From positions 4,889 to 68,888 of the forward strand of contig CALIML010000015.1 of the NCBI GenBank assembly GCA_938045475.1: 64,000 bases of DNA, read 5' to 3'. Positions 37,183-46,980 of this stretch are shown here, piece after piece. The translations under genes were made by a program, and so were the position numbers. The notes beneath the pieces were generated by a model. The model was given only the letters and a program-made list of their open reading frames with translations. It ran no database searches and was not told where the DNA came from. The stretch's first letter is position 1; each line of letters starts with the position of its first letter. The stretch is from an uncultured Sulfolobales archaeon (lineage in GTDB: Archaea > Thermoproteota > Thermoprotei_A > Sulfolobales > Desulfurococcaceae).

Positions 37183-38760
37183 ATGGGGGATAAGTTGTTG
37201 AAATGCATAAGTAGATCACTTATTGCAATATTGGTGATCATGGTAGTTGTGATTGCCGGGCTTGCAGCATACTTTATTCTTAGAGCTCCAGCTCCAGCTG
37301 CTCCTAAACCGATAGTCATTGGAGTAACTGATAAGGTGACTGACCTAGATCCTTCTAATGCCTATGACTTCTTTACTTGGGAAGTGTTATCCAATGTTAT
37401 GGAGGGCTTAGTTAGGTATAAGCCCGGCTCACTAGATCTTGAGCCAGCCCTAGCTGAAAGCTGGAATGTCAGCAGTGATGGAACGACTTGGACCTTTAAA
37501 CTTAGGGAGGGATTGAAGTTCGCTGACGGAACTCCGCTCACTGCAGGAGATGTTGTTAGAAGCATTAATAGAGTTATGGCAATAAAAGGCGATCCATCGT
37601 GGTTAGTCGCGGAGTTCGTTGATGAGGTTGAGGCTATAGATAACTACACCGTAGTGTTTAAATTAATGCAACCCACTCCATTCTTCCTAACGTTAATTGC
37701 TACTCCTCCATACTTCCCTGTACACCCTGCATACGCTCCTGAGAGCATCGACAGCGATCAAACGGCTGGTGGAGCGGGACCTTATAAAATAGCTCGCTTC
37801 CAGAGAGATGTAGAGATAGTTCTTGAGCCAAACACACACTACTATGGAGATAAGCCCAAGTCATCAATAGTTATCAGGTTTTACGCTGATGCAACTTCCC
37901 TAAGGCTAGCCCTCGAGGGCGGTGAAGTAGACATAGCTTGGAGGACTCTTAGGCCAATAGACATCGAGGAACTATCTAAGAAAGCTGACTTAAAAGTAAT
38001 TGAAGTACCCGGAACTTTCATAAGGTACATATGCATAAACACTAAGATGCCTCCATTCGACAATAAGTTTGTTAGACAAGCGCTAGCGGCAGCGATTAAT
38101 AGAACTGAGATAATAAATGTTGCGCTAAGGGGGGCTGGAACTCCTCTGTACAGCCTTGTCCCAATAGGCATGTGGAGCCACGTTGATGCATTTAAGGATA
38201 AGTATGGTGATTATAATGTTGAGCAAGCTAAAAACTTGCTAAGGCAAGCTGGATACAGTGAAGAAAATAAGTTAGCTGTAGAACTATGGTATACTCCAAC
38301 ACACTATGGAGACACTGAAAAGGATATAGCTGCACTACTAAAGCAGCGGTGGGAAGCTACGGGGCTGATAGAAGTCACAGTTAAGAGTGCTGAGTGGACT
38401 ACGTACGTAAGTTACATTAGGAATGGACAGCTCCCAGTATACCTACTTGGGTGGTACCCAGACTACTTAGATCCAGACAATTACTTGACTCCATTCCTCC
38501 TAAGCACAGCGAATTCATGGGCTGGAACAGGTTATGCTAATGAAACAGTCGATGAATTACTGAAGCAAGCTTCATCAATGGTTGATCAATCTGAGAGAGA
38601 ACTGATATACATCGATGTGCAGAAAGCGTATCTAGCTGAAGACGCTCCATACATACCTATATTCCAAGGGAAGCTCTACATAGTTGTTAGACAAGACATT
38701 GAGGGAGTAGTGCCCAACCCAATAATGTTGATGTACTATTGGCCTATTTACAGAAAGTAG
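37183..38760 (+). CDS. ABC transporter substrate-binding protein, family 5 (peptide/nickel, DppA/OppA-like)
   Basis: 525 aa with an N-terminal TM anchor and typical family-5 blocks. It is followed by two permease and two ATPase genes. Confidence 0.9.
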   Translation: MGDKLLKCISRSLIAILVIMVVVIAGLAAYFILRAPAPAAPKPIVIGVTDKVTDLDPSNAYDFFTWEVLSNVMEGLVRYKPGSLDLEPALAESWNVSSDGTTWTFKLREGLKFADGTPLTAGDVVRSINRVMAIKGDPSWLVAEFVDEVEAIDNYTVVFKLMQPTPFFLTLIATPPYFPVHPAYAPESIDSDQTAGGAGPYKIARFQRDVEIVLEPNTHYYGDKPKSSIVIRFYADATSLRLALEGGEVDIAWRTLRPIDIEELSKKADLKVIEVPGTFIRYICINTKMPPFDNKFVRQALAAAINRTEIINVALRGAGTPLYSLVPIGMWSHVDAFKDKYGDYNVEQAKNLLRQAGYSEENKLAVELWYTPTHYGDTEKDIAALLKQRWEATGLIEVTVKSAEWTTYVSYIRNGQLPVYLLGWYPDYLDPDNYLTPFLLSTANSWAGTGYANETVDELLKQASSMVDQSERELIYIDVQKAYLAEDAPYIPIFQGKLYIVVRQDIEGVVPNPIMLMYYWPIYRK

Positions 38761-38822
38761 GGGATTAAAATAAGACATTTTCTTTAACGCCCTTTACGCA
38801 GGGCGTTTTAAGGTAATAAGCT

Positions 38823-39842
38823 ATGGCCGGCCTGGGTAGATACGTAATTATTAGGGCTTCACTAATAGTTCCCACAGTGCTAATACTTTACACCTTTGTA
38901 TTCATACTGCTTAGAGTTCTGCCCGGAGACCCCATACTAGCAGTTGTAGGCACTAGGTACATTCCTCCAGCACAACTTGAGGAAATGAGGAGGATGGCCG
39001 GCCTCGATAAGCCTATCCCAGTACAGTACTTTGACTACCTCCTCGGAGTAGTATTGAGAGGAGACTTTGGTAAAACCCTTGCATCACCTGTAGGTAAGCC
39101 AGTTAGCGAGTACTTGTGGGAGAGGCTTCCTGCTACAGTAGAGTTGACTATAGCTTCATTCATAGTTGCTTCATTAATAGGTTTTATAACTGGTGTGGGA
39201 GGTGCTTTGAGGAGGAGCAGCAGACTCGATACTTCAATAAGGATCTACAGCATACTTACCTACACTCTATTCATACCAGTCCTTGGAATGGGGCTCCAGT
39301 ACTTCCTGGGCCTTAAGCTTAAGCTATTCTACATAAGTGGGCGCTTAAGCGCAGGGATCTATGTGCCTAGGCTCACTGGACTGCTGTTGCTAGATAGCCT
39401 ATTGGCCGGGGACTTAAGCGCTTTCACTGATGCGCTAGGGCATATAGTGCTCCCAAGCCTAACTCTTGGAATAGTGTTGAGTGGAGCTTACACAAGGCTC
39501 ATTAGGAACAACCTCATTGAAGTTCTCAACTCGGACTTCATTAGGGCGTATAGAGCTAGAGGCGTTCCAGGCCATAGAGTAACTATATACGCCATTAAGA
39601 ACGCTTTCATTCCTGTAGTAACCTACATGGGGCTTCAAATAGCGATGCTCCTAGGAGGAGCTATCTTAACTGAGACAACGTTTAGCTGGCCAGGGCTGGG
39701 GAGGTTTATTTACGAGAGAATAGAGTACAGGGATTATGCTTCAATACAGGGAGCTGTAATTCTGTTTGCATTCATAGTTGGATTAATGAACTTATTTGTC
39801 GACATAATATATGCATTAATAGACCCTAGGGTGAAGTACTGA
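38823..39842 (+). CDS. ABC transporter permease (DppB/OppB-like)
   Basis: 339 aa with 6 TM helices and an N-terminus of the RYVIIRASLIVPTVLILYTFVFILLRVLPGDP type. Confidence 0.9.
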   Translation: MAGLGRYVIIRASLIVPTVLILYTFVFILLRVLPGDPILAVVGTRYIPPAQLEEMRRMAGLDKPIPVQYFDYLLGVVLRGDFGKTLASPVGKPVSEYLWERLPATVELTIASFIVASLIGFITGVGGALRRSSRLDTSIRIYSILTYTLFIPVLGMGLQYFLGLKLKLFYISGRLSAGIYVPRLTGLLLLDSLLAGDLSAFTDALGHIVLPSLTLGIVLSGAYTRLIRNNLIEVLNSDFIRAYRARGVPGHRVTIYAIKNAFIPVVTYMGLQIAMLLGGAILTETTFSWPGLGRFIYERIEYRDYASIQGAVILFAFIVGLMNLFVDIIYALIDPRVKY

Positions 39843-40699
39843 TGGCTCTTTCTCTAAGCACTCCCATTCTAGCCTTCATAAGGAGCTTCCCGCAGCCAGC
39901 TAAGTCAATGCTGATCCTTGGGCTAGCAATAGTTGTATCCGTAATGCTTATGGCTATCTTAGCCCCATACATAGCTCCACACGACCCTACTTCAAGAGTT
40001 TACGTAGAGCTCCAACCTCCATCGTGGAAATATTTAATGGGGACAAACCATGTTGGGATGGATGTTTTCTCAAGAGTTATCTGGGGCTCTAGAGTAGTGC
40101 TTTTTGTAGTAGTTGTTTCAGCAACTATATCAATGGCTTTTGGAGTTCCACTAGGCCTAGCTTCAGGATACTACGGTGGACCAGTTGATAAAGCTCTCAG
40201 CATAGTTATGGACAGCATTTATGCCTTCCCCTCACTTATACTTGCAATAGCTGTAGCTGCAGTGTTGGGGCCGAGTCCACTTAACGCAGCTATATCAATA
40301 GCTATAGTTTACGTGCCTACATACTATAGGATGGTGAGGGGGGAGACCCTTAAGGTGAAGCAGATGCCATTCATAGAGGCTTTAATTGTCCTCGGGTGCT
40401 CTGATGCAACTATATTGAGGAGCGTATTTAGGAACATTATTCAAACAGTTCTCGTAGTCTTTAGCTTAAGCGTTGCAGACGCTATACTCACTGAAGCTGC
40501 ATTAAGCTTTCTAGGTTTGTCAGTGACTTGGCCAACACCCGACTGGGGCCTTGACCTTAGGAGCGGCCAGCCCTACTTGCTTAACGGCTATTGGTGGATA
40601 GCGATGTGTCCTGGATTAATGATAGTTGCCTTATCCCTGGGGTTCGCATTGATTGGCGAGGCTTTAAGTGACTACTTTTCAATAGCTACAAAGGTGTAA
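39842..40699 (+). CDS. ABC transporter permease (DppC/OppC-like)
   Basis: 285 aa. Its ATG overlaps the upstream stop (TGATG). It has a BPD-transporter EAA-like region. Confidence 0.9.
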   Translation: MALSLSTPILAFIRSFPQPAKSMLILGLAIVVSVMLMAILAPYIAPHDPTSRVYVELQPPSWKYLMGTNHVGMDVFSRVIWGSRVVLFVVVVSATISMAFGVPLGLASGYYGGPVDKALSIVMDSIYAFPSLILAIAVAAVLGPSPLNAAISIAIVYVPTYYRMVRGETLKVKQMPFIEALIVLGCSDATILRSVFRNIIQTVLVVFSLSVADAILTEAALSFLGLSVTWPTPDWGLDLRSGQPYLLNGYWWIAMCPGLMIVALSLGFALIGEALSDYFSIATKV

Positions 40700-40702
40700 T
40701 GC

Positions 40703-41662
40703 ATGTCTAATGCACTACTTGAAGTAATTAACTTAAAGGTCTACTTCTACACTCTCTCCGGAGTAGTGAGAGCTGTCGACGATGTATCCTTGAGAGTTCT
40801 TCCAGGAGAGTGGATAAGCATTGTAGGTGAAAGCGGCTCTGGTAAAAGCACTTTGGCTTACGCTATTGCAAAAATAGTTCCTCCCCCCGGGAAAATTGTT
40901 GGAGGAAAGGTAGGGTTCATGAATAGAGATCTAATGGAGTTCGACGAGGAGGCTATGAGAAGCATTAGGGGGAGACACATAGGCTTCGTATTCCAGGACC
41001 CTCTTACATCCCTAGATCCTTTGAGAACCGTTGGAGATCAACTGGCTGAAGTAATTCAAGTACACTTAGGAGTTAGTAGAGAGGAGGCAGTTAGGGAAGC
41101 AGGAGATCTGCTTGAATTAGTCGGCATACCTAGGGATAGACTCAACTACTATCCCCATCAATTAAGTGGTGGGCAGAGGCAGAGAGTTGTAATAGCTATA
41201 TCGATAGCTTTAAGGCCGGAGCTCCTCATAGCTGATGAGCCTACAACAGCTTTAGACGTAATAATACAGGATCAGATAATGGACTTACTTAAAGAAGTCC
41301 AGAGGAAGGGGGCTTCAATAATGCTCATAACTCACGATGTGGCTTTAGCTGCTGAAACGGCTAATAGAATTGCTGTAATGTATGCTGGTGAAATAGTTGA
41401 GCATGGAAACACGCACAGCATCATTAATGCACCACTGCATCCATATACAGTGGGCTTAGTAGATAGCGTCCCAGATCTGTGGTCTAAAAAGAGCGTTAAA
41501 TCCATACCAGGCTTTCCACCAGACCTTAGAAATCCCCCGCCGGGCTGTAGATTCCACCCAAGGTGTAGGCAAGCACTGGGTATATGTACTAATGAAAGCC
41601 CTCCAATGACTGCAATTGAACACGATCGATATTTAGCGTGCTGGCTTTACTTAAAGAGGTGA
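40703..41662 (+). CDS. ABC transporter ATP-binding protein (DppD/OppD-like)
   Basis: Walker A GESGSGKST, signature LSGGQRQRV, Walker B LLIADEPT, and a C-terminal oligopeptide-type Cys motif. Confidence 0.95.
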   Translation: MSNALLEVINLKVYFYTLSGVVRAVDDVSLRVLPGEWISIVGESGSGKSTLAYAIAKIVPPPGKIVGGKVGFMNRDLMEFDEEAMRSIRGRHIGFVFQDPLTSLDPLRTVGDQLAEVIQVHLGVSREEAVREAGDLLELVGIPRDRLNYYPHQLSGGQRQRVVIAISIALRPELLIADEPTTALDVIIQDQIMDLLKEVQRKGASIMLITHDVALAAETANRIAVMYAGEIVEHGNTHSIINAPLHPYTVGLVDSVPDLWSKKSVKSIPGFPPDLRNPPPGCRFHPRCRQALGICTNESPPMTAIEHDRYLACWLYLKR

Positions 41663-42654
41663 AGGCGTTGGAAGCCCTTGTTGTAGCTAAAGGCCTTAAG
41701 AAATACTTCCCCGTTAGAAGAACTATAAGTGAAGTCGTATTAATGAAGAGCCGCCTCTATGTAAGGGCAGTTGATGGAGTCAGCTTAGAAATAGGCTTTG
41801 GAGAAACATTAGCGTTAGTAGGTGAAAGCGGTTCAGGTAAGACCACTACTGGAAGAATGCTAATAGGGTTAGAGAAGCCTACTGAGGGAAGCATATTGTT
41901 TGAAGGAATAGAGTTAACTAAGCTGTCTAAGAAGGCTTTGAGAAAGATTAGGCCTCGCATACAAATGATATTTCAGGATCCTTACGCAAGCCTTGATCCG
42001 AGAGTTAAGGTTGGAGATCAAGTGGCACAGCCATTAATAGTCCATGGACTATGCAATGCCGATGAAGCTAGGGAAAGAGCTCTTGAAATTCTTGAGAGAG
42101 TGGGGCTAACTCCTTCTACTGAAATATATGAGAGATACCCCCATCAATTAAGTGGTGGGCAGAGGCAGAGAGTTGTAATAGCTAGGGCAATGATAACGAG
42201 GCCCAGGTTCGTGGTAGCTGATGAACCAGTTTCAATGATAGATGTATCATTGAGGGCTTCAATACTTGAGCTACTTAAGGAGTTTAAGAGGGAGCGTAAT
42301 CTCTCAACACTGTTCATAACTCATGACCTAGCTGTAGCTAAGCTTGTAGCTGATAGAGTGGCAGTAATGTACTTAGGCAAGATCGTTGAGGAAGGCGCTG
42401 TAGAGGAAGTCATATACAATCCCCTACATCCCTATACAAAGGCCCTCATTTCATCAGTTCCAACTATAGGTATTAGAGTTCTTGAGAAGCTGAAAATAGT
42501 TGGAGAAATACCTAATCCAATAAACATCCCTCCGGGCTGCCGATTCCACACTAGGTGCCCCTTCGCTATGGATAAGTGCAAGAGCTATGAAGCCCCATGG
42601 ATATACGTTAGTGAAAGACACGGAGTTTCATGCTGGCTCTACTCAGCTGAATAA
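41638..42654 (+). CDS. ABC transporter ATP-binding protein (DppF/OppF-like)
   Basis: Walker A GESGSGKTT and signature LSGGQRQRV. The real start is probably the in-frame TTG at 41668, 5 nt after the SD GGTGA (41658-41662). Confidence 0.95.
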   Translation: MLALLKEVKALEALVVAKGLKKYFPVRRTISEVVLMKSRLYVRAVDGVSLEIGFGETLALVGESGSGKTTTGRMLIGLEKPTEGSILFEGIELTKLSKKALRKIRPRIQMIFQDPYASLDPRVKVGDQVAQPLIVHGLCNADEARERALEILERVGLTPSTEIYERYPHQLSGGQRQRVVIARAMITRPRFVVADEPVSMIDVSLRASILELLKEFKRERNLSTLFITHDLAVAKLVADRVAVMYLGKIVEEGAVEEVIYNPLHPYTKALISSVPTIGIRVLEKLKIVGEIPNPINIPPGCRFHTRCPFAMDKCKSYEAPWIYVSERHGVSCWLYSAE

Positions 42655-42728
42655 AGGCGTTTAAGTACTCTTTGAGACAAAGCATTTTTAGATTTTTAAA
42701 TAAGGAAAGTTAGGCGTTGAAACTCTCT

Positions 42729-43928
42729 TTACTCTACGTATTTCACTGCTTCACCTAATGCTTCACAGTGTTCTCCCGCGGGAAACTCCACTATTTTCAG
42801 CTCGCTGAACCCTGCTTGTGCTAGTACACTCTTGATCTCTAGACCTGCGCGCGGTCCCCAACCATATCCTGCTAATATGAGTATTTTCTTTTCTCTCGGC
42901 GCTTTCCTCGAGATCAAGTGTGCGATGTATTTTGCTAATGGGAATGCATCCGCATCGTATGTAGATGTAGCTAGAACAACTACTTCGCTGTCGTAGATTT
43001 CCCCAATTAAGTCACTCATGTTGCTTCTTACTGTATCTGTAAATTCGTAAACTAAGGTCTTAACGCCTTTCTTCCCCAGTTCAGTGGCTAAGTCCATTGC
43101 TGCCTTCTTGACAAATCCATACATAGATAGGCAGGCTACAACAACTTTACCTTTCTCCGCTTTACCACTACCCCACTCTTTGTAAAGCCCTACTACTTCG
43201 CTAACGTATCTATCTCTCCAAGCCAATCCATGTGCTGGGAGAACAACGAGCGGATCTATTGCTAGGGACGATAATTTATCCAAGTTCTTTACAACCCAGT
43301 CTCTGTAAAAGCCTATGACGGTGGCAAAGTACTTCTTCATAAACCACTTGTACTTAGCTTTCTCAAACCCCGGTAATTCATCATAGTACGTAGCACTGAA
43401 TACTCCATAGGAGCCGAATACGTCGCAGGACAGCAGCGTCCTTGCCTCAGCTATGTGAGTAACCATGGTTTCAGGCCAGTGCAGCCATGGAGTGTAAACG
43501 AATTTGAGTGTGTACTCACCTACTTTAAGTTCCTCACTATCCTTAACTGGAGAAAACTTACCCGTGAAACCGTAGAATGACTTAAGCATTTTCCCAACTA
43601 GTGGATGTCCAAGTACTATTGGTTCTCCAAGTTCAGAGATCTTTTTAACGCACCCACTGTGATCGGGCTCCATGTGATGCACTATCAAGTACTTTACATC
43701 CCTCAGATCGACTACTTCAGAGAGAGCTTCGACATATGCATCAATCATCGTGTTCTTAACAGTGTCAAATACAACAGAGCCTTCATCTGTAGTTAGCACA
43801 TACGAATTATACGTGATTCCCTCCGGGATCTCCCAGAGACCTTCGAAGAAAGCTGTCCTTAGGTCATTAGCTCTGATCATATAGAGATCTCTAGAGATCC
43901 TGACCTTAGTGAATGCATCCTCAAGCAA
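42729..43928 (-). CDS. fprA: FprA-type flavodiiron protein (metallo-beta-lactamase plus flavodoxin domains)
   Basis: 399 aa with the diiron ligand motif HHMEPDHSG and a C-terminal flavodoxin-like domain. Confidence 0.8.
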   Translation of the reverse strand: MLEDAFTKVRISRDLYMIRANDLRTAFFEGLWEIPEGITYNSYVLTTDEGSVVFDTVKNTMIDAYVEALSEVVDLRDVKYLIVHHMEPDHSGCVKKISELGEPIVLGHPLVGKMLKSFYGFTGKFSPVKDSEELKVGEYTLKFVYTPWLHWPETMVTHIAEARTLLSCDVFGSYGVFSATYYDELPGFEKAKYKWFMKKYFATVIGFYRDWVVKNLDKLSSLAIDPLVVLPAHGLAWRDRYVSEVVGLYKEWGSGKAEKGKVVVACLSMYGFVKKAAMDLATELGKKGVKTLVYEFTDTVRSNMSDLIGEIYDSEVVVLATSTYDADAFPLAKYIAHLISRKAPREKKILILAGYGWGPRAGLEIKSVLAQAGFSELKIVEFPAGEHCEALGEAVKYVE

Positions 43929-44312
43929 TACTAAAGACCTCCTAATTACCTAAATCCCTGCCATAGATATTAAAACTTTTCAGCTTAGAGAAGCCTTTGC
44001 CTATGCTCTTTTCTTAGTTTAAGAACGCGCAAACGTATCCAACAATACGTATATTGGCGTCTCACAGTAGTTTCCAATACTTAGCTACCTTATTTGCTCA
44101 CATGTGATGAGTGTTGCTACTTGAGGCCTACCTATTTGTGGAGAGAAGACTGAATGCACGCCATGACTAAAACGTGGAGTGCTTTCTGCCTCTCTCGAAA
44201 ACCATCAATGAATTTAAAGAAGTGTAATCGGCATCCTATAGTTACCTGACAACCGTGGAGAGTAGAGTAATGCTTATTTGATTAAAGTATGCAAGTGTAA
44301 GCAGTTGAGGGG

Positions 44313-45488
44313 TTGAGTGAATTGAGGGAGTCTACAAAAGCCGTCCACGGTCATGAATTTATGGATGAAGATCTTGGAGTATTTATACCCCCAATATACT
44401 TAACAGCAGTATTTGAGCAGAGAGGGAGTACGTTAATTACTGATAGAGACACGGATCTTAAGTACTCAAGGGAGGAAAACCCTACCGTAAGGGCTTTAGA
44501 GAAAGTTCTCTCTAAACTTGAAGAAGGCGTTGACTCACTAGCATTTAACAGCGGGATGGCTTCGATATCCGTAGTTCTATTAAACTTCATTAATAAGGAT
44601 CTTAAGGTTATAGCTTTAACAGAGCTCTACGGCTCAACTCTTCAACTACTTCAGCTTTTATCGAGTAAAGTTGGCTTTAAGCTACATTTATCGTGGCCTG
44701 AGACAAGTGAATTAATTGAAGATTTAAAGTCATTTAAGCCAGACTTAGTTTTCATAGAATCAATAACTAATCCCATGCTTAGAGTAATAGATGTAGTTGA
44801 AGTAGCTAAAGTATGTAGAGACCTTGAATGCAAACTAATTGTAGACAACACTTTCGCTACTCCACTATTACTGAATCCACTATCTAGTGGAGCTACGCTC
44901 GCCATACATAGTTTGACTAAGTACATTGCGGGACACAACGATGTTCTTGGAGGAGCAGTAATTGCTAAAGACGGCGCATTAATCCAGTCCCTCTGGGACT
45001 GGAGGAGGCTTACTGGTGGAATAATGCAGCCCCTTGAAGCATACCTGACTTTAAGAGGAGTCAAGACTCTTGAAATAAGATTTGAGAAAGCATCGAGAAC
45101 AGCAATGTCTGTAGCTGAATACTTAAGTGATAACACTAAAGTATCTGAAGTACACTATCCAGGACTAAGCAATAGCCCATATAAAAGCATCGCCGACAGA
45201 GTATTCAAGAGAAGACTTTATGGAGGCGTAGTTACGTTTAAGCTAAAGGGTGGAATGAGTGAAGCAGTAAAATTCCTTAAGTCACTGAAAATTATTAAGC
45301 CGTCCCCAAGCCTTGGAGGAGCGGAATCATTGATAACTTACCCGATCATTAGTGCATCCAAAAATATTCCGAGAGAAGTCAGAGAGAAACTTGGGATAAC
45401 GGAGTCCACGCTGAGGCTTTCAATAGGCTTAGAGGATCAAGAGGACATTATTGAAGACATCGATCAAGCCCTTGCGTCACTAAATTAA
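44313..45488 (+). CDS. Cys/Met-metabolism PLP-dependent enzyme (cystathionine gamma-synthase / beta-lyase family)
   Basis: 391 aa with the PLP-lysine block HSLTKYIAGHNDVLGG. TTG start. Confidence 0.85.
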   Translation: MSELRESTKAVHGHEFMDEDLGVFIPPIYLTAVFEQRGSTLITDRDTDLKYSREENPTVRALEKVLSKLEEGVDSLAFNSGMASISVVLLNFINKDLKVIALTELYGSTLQLLQLLSSKVGFKLHLSWPETSELIEDLKSFKPDLVFIESITNPMLRVIDVVEVAKVCRDLECKLIVDNTFATPLLLNPLSSGATLAIHSLTKYIAGHNDVLGGAVIAKDGALIQSLWDWRRLTGGIMQPLEAYLTLRGVKTLEIRFEKASRTAMSVAEYLSDNTKVSEVHYPGLSNSPYKSIADRVFKRRLYGGVVTFKLKGGMSEAVKFLKSLKIIKPSPSLGGAESLITYPIISASKNIPREVREKLGITESTLRLSIGLEDQEDIIEDIDQALASLN

Positions 45489-45564
45489 GCGGCTACTCAT
45501 AGGAGTCGTATCAGTAACTGTAGCTACAGTGCATTGAAGCTAGAAGTGTGTAGAGTAAGGGGCA

Positions 45565-46980
45565 TCAACCGAGGAACTTCCTGAGCTTACCTAGAGCAAT
45601 TACATGTGCTTCAGTCTGAACCTGTTTAAGCATGGCTACGTAAGCCTCATTTGGGTTAAGGTCTATATTCAAGTATTCAAGGGCTTCATTAATTTCCTTA
45701 ACTCCTTCATTTCCAATGAATTTCGCGGAGACCTCTGGATCGTAGAACGCTGAATCGTAAATCCACTCTTGAACTAACTGTGGAAGAGCTTTAAGCAAAT
45801 CGTCAAGGAGGTCTTTCTTAGCGAGCTTAACTATGTAGGGTGAGTCAAGCAGAGTTGGTGGAAGGCCGATGCTATACCACATAGCTGTATACATTATTGC
45901 CCTAGGGACATTGATTACTTGATTCTCTCCATCGATTAAAAGCCTTCCGTAAACTCTCCACGAAACTCTATCTCTCGTCGATGGAATGAGGCCTATTACG
46001 TGCTCAACGCCCCTAAGGATTCTTCCAACGAAGCTCCTATAGCTCTCCGAGGACTCCTTAATGAATAACCTTAAGCTCTCTTCATCTATAGCTGCACTAG
46101 GCTCAGCATTTGCTCCACCGACCACTGTCTCTCTGAATAATTCATACTCATTTAATGGGACATCGTATCTTATAGCTGATTGCACGGTGACTGTAGAGTA
46201 GCCTCTATAAGTTTCTACCTCTAAGGGAGCTAATTCGACATTATTTACGCCCCCGCGGAACGGCGGCGAACCAGATCCTATTATGGGCTTTACGCATAGC
46301 CCTAGCTTGCTTAAATCCATTATTTTCAATAGTGAGTACTTTACTCCGAGAGCTGAAGCTATGTGTCCATACCTAACGGCTGAATCGCTAAATCCAAGGA
46401 AAACCCTTAAGCATTCATCCTCCATACCTGCACTCGTCATTTCTTTAGCCAGTGCATAAATTACGTTGTGAGCTCTCGTTTGAATAAACGCGTCCTCCAG
46501 TAATGGCACTACAGTGATTGCGTCTAACTTTACACTAGTTTCTTCAGATATCATCTTTGCTTTCCTCCCAACAATTTTCTGCACAAATATTACTGTATCA
46601 ACTTCCTCAACCATGGGCAGGATCACCCATTTAACTGCCTGACTCCCTAAAGCCTTCGACGAGCAGTAGTTCGCAAGTACAGAGGCTTCTAAGGCAAGCA
46701 TAGCTCTATCAAATTCCTCGAGGAATGGATGGGGCATTCTTGGAGTTACAAAGAATTTGCTTCCAACAGGTATACCGGCTTTAGAGGCTTTAACCACTAT
46801 TTCCTTAGGCTGAGAGTATGGAGTTAGTTTGCCTTCGTAATCAACCATTACTTCTTCGCAGCCATATATTGTGTAGCCAATTATAGCTTCATCGACTTCT
46901 TCCTCAACCCTAACTTTAATTGTTGAATCCGGGTGCTGCGTGCACATGAGTTTAGGAATTGCTCTACCGCCCATACACAA
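45565..46980 (-). CDS. ppcA: Archaeal-type phosphoenolpyruvate carboxylase
   Basis: 471 aa with the N-terminal hallmark IPKLMCTQHPD. Size and architecture fit atPEPC. Confidence 0.8.
   Translation of the reverse strand: MCMGGRAIPKLMCTQHPDSTIKVRVEEEVDEAIIGYTIYGCEEVMVDYEGKLTPYSQPKEIVVKASKAGIPVGSKFFVTPRMPHPFLEEFDRAMLALEASVLANYCSSKALGSQAVKWVILPMVEEVDTVIFVQKIVGRKAKMISEETSVKLDAITVVPLLEDAFIQTRAHNVIYALAKEMTSAGMEDECLRVFLGFSDSAVRYGHIASALGVKYSLLKIMDLSKLGLCVKPIIGSGSPPFRGGVNNVELAPLEVETYRGYSTVTVQSAIRYDVPLNEYELFRETVVGGANAEPSAAIDEESLRLFIKESSESYRSFVGRILRGVEHVIGLIPSTRDRVSWRVYGRLLIDGENQVINVPRAIMYTAMWYSIGLPPTLLDSPYIVKLAKKDLLDDLLKALPQLVQEWIYDSAFYDPEVSAKFIGNEGVKEINEALEYLNIDLNPNEAYVAMLKQVQTEAHVIALGKLRKFLG

Noticed and set aside
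44104-44153. GUGAUGA ... CUGA spanning 50 nt with a 3-bp CAU/AUG terminal stem, in the fprA / metB-like divergent spacer.
   Set aside because: The positions where D' and C' should be (12 nt from the C and D boxes) read GAGG and CUAUUU, so there are no internal boxes. External boxes alone occur by chance at appreciable frequency in 64 kb. It is kept only as a low-priority item for small-RNA-seq.
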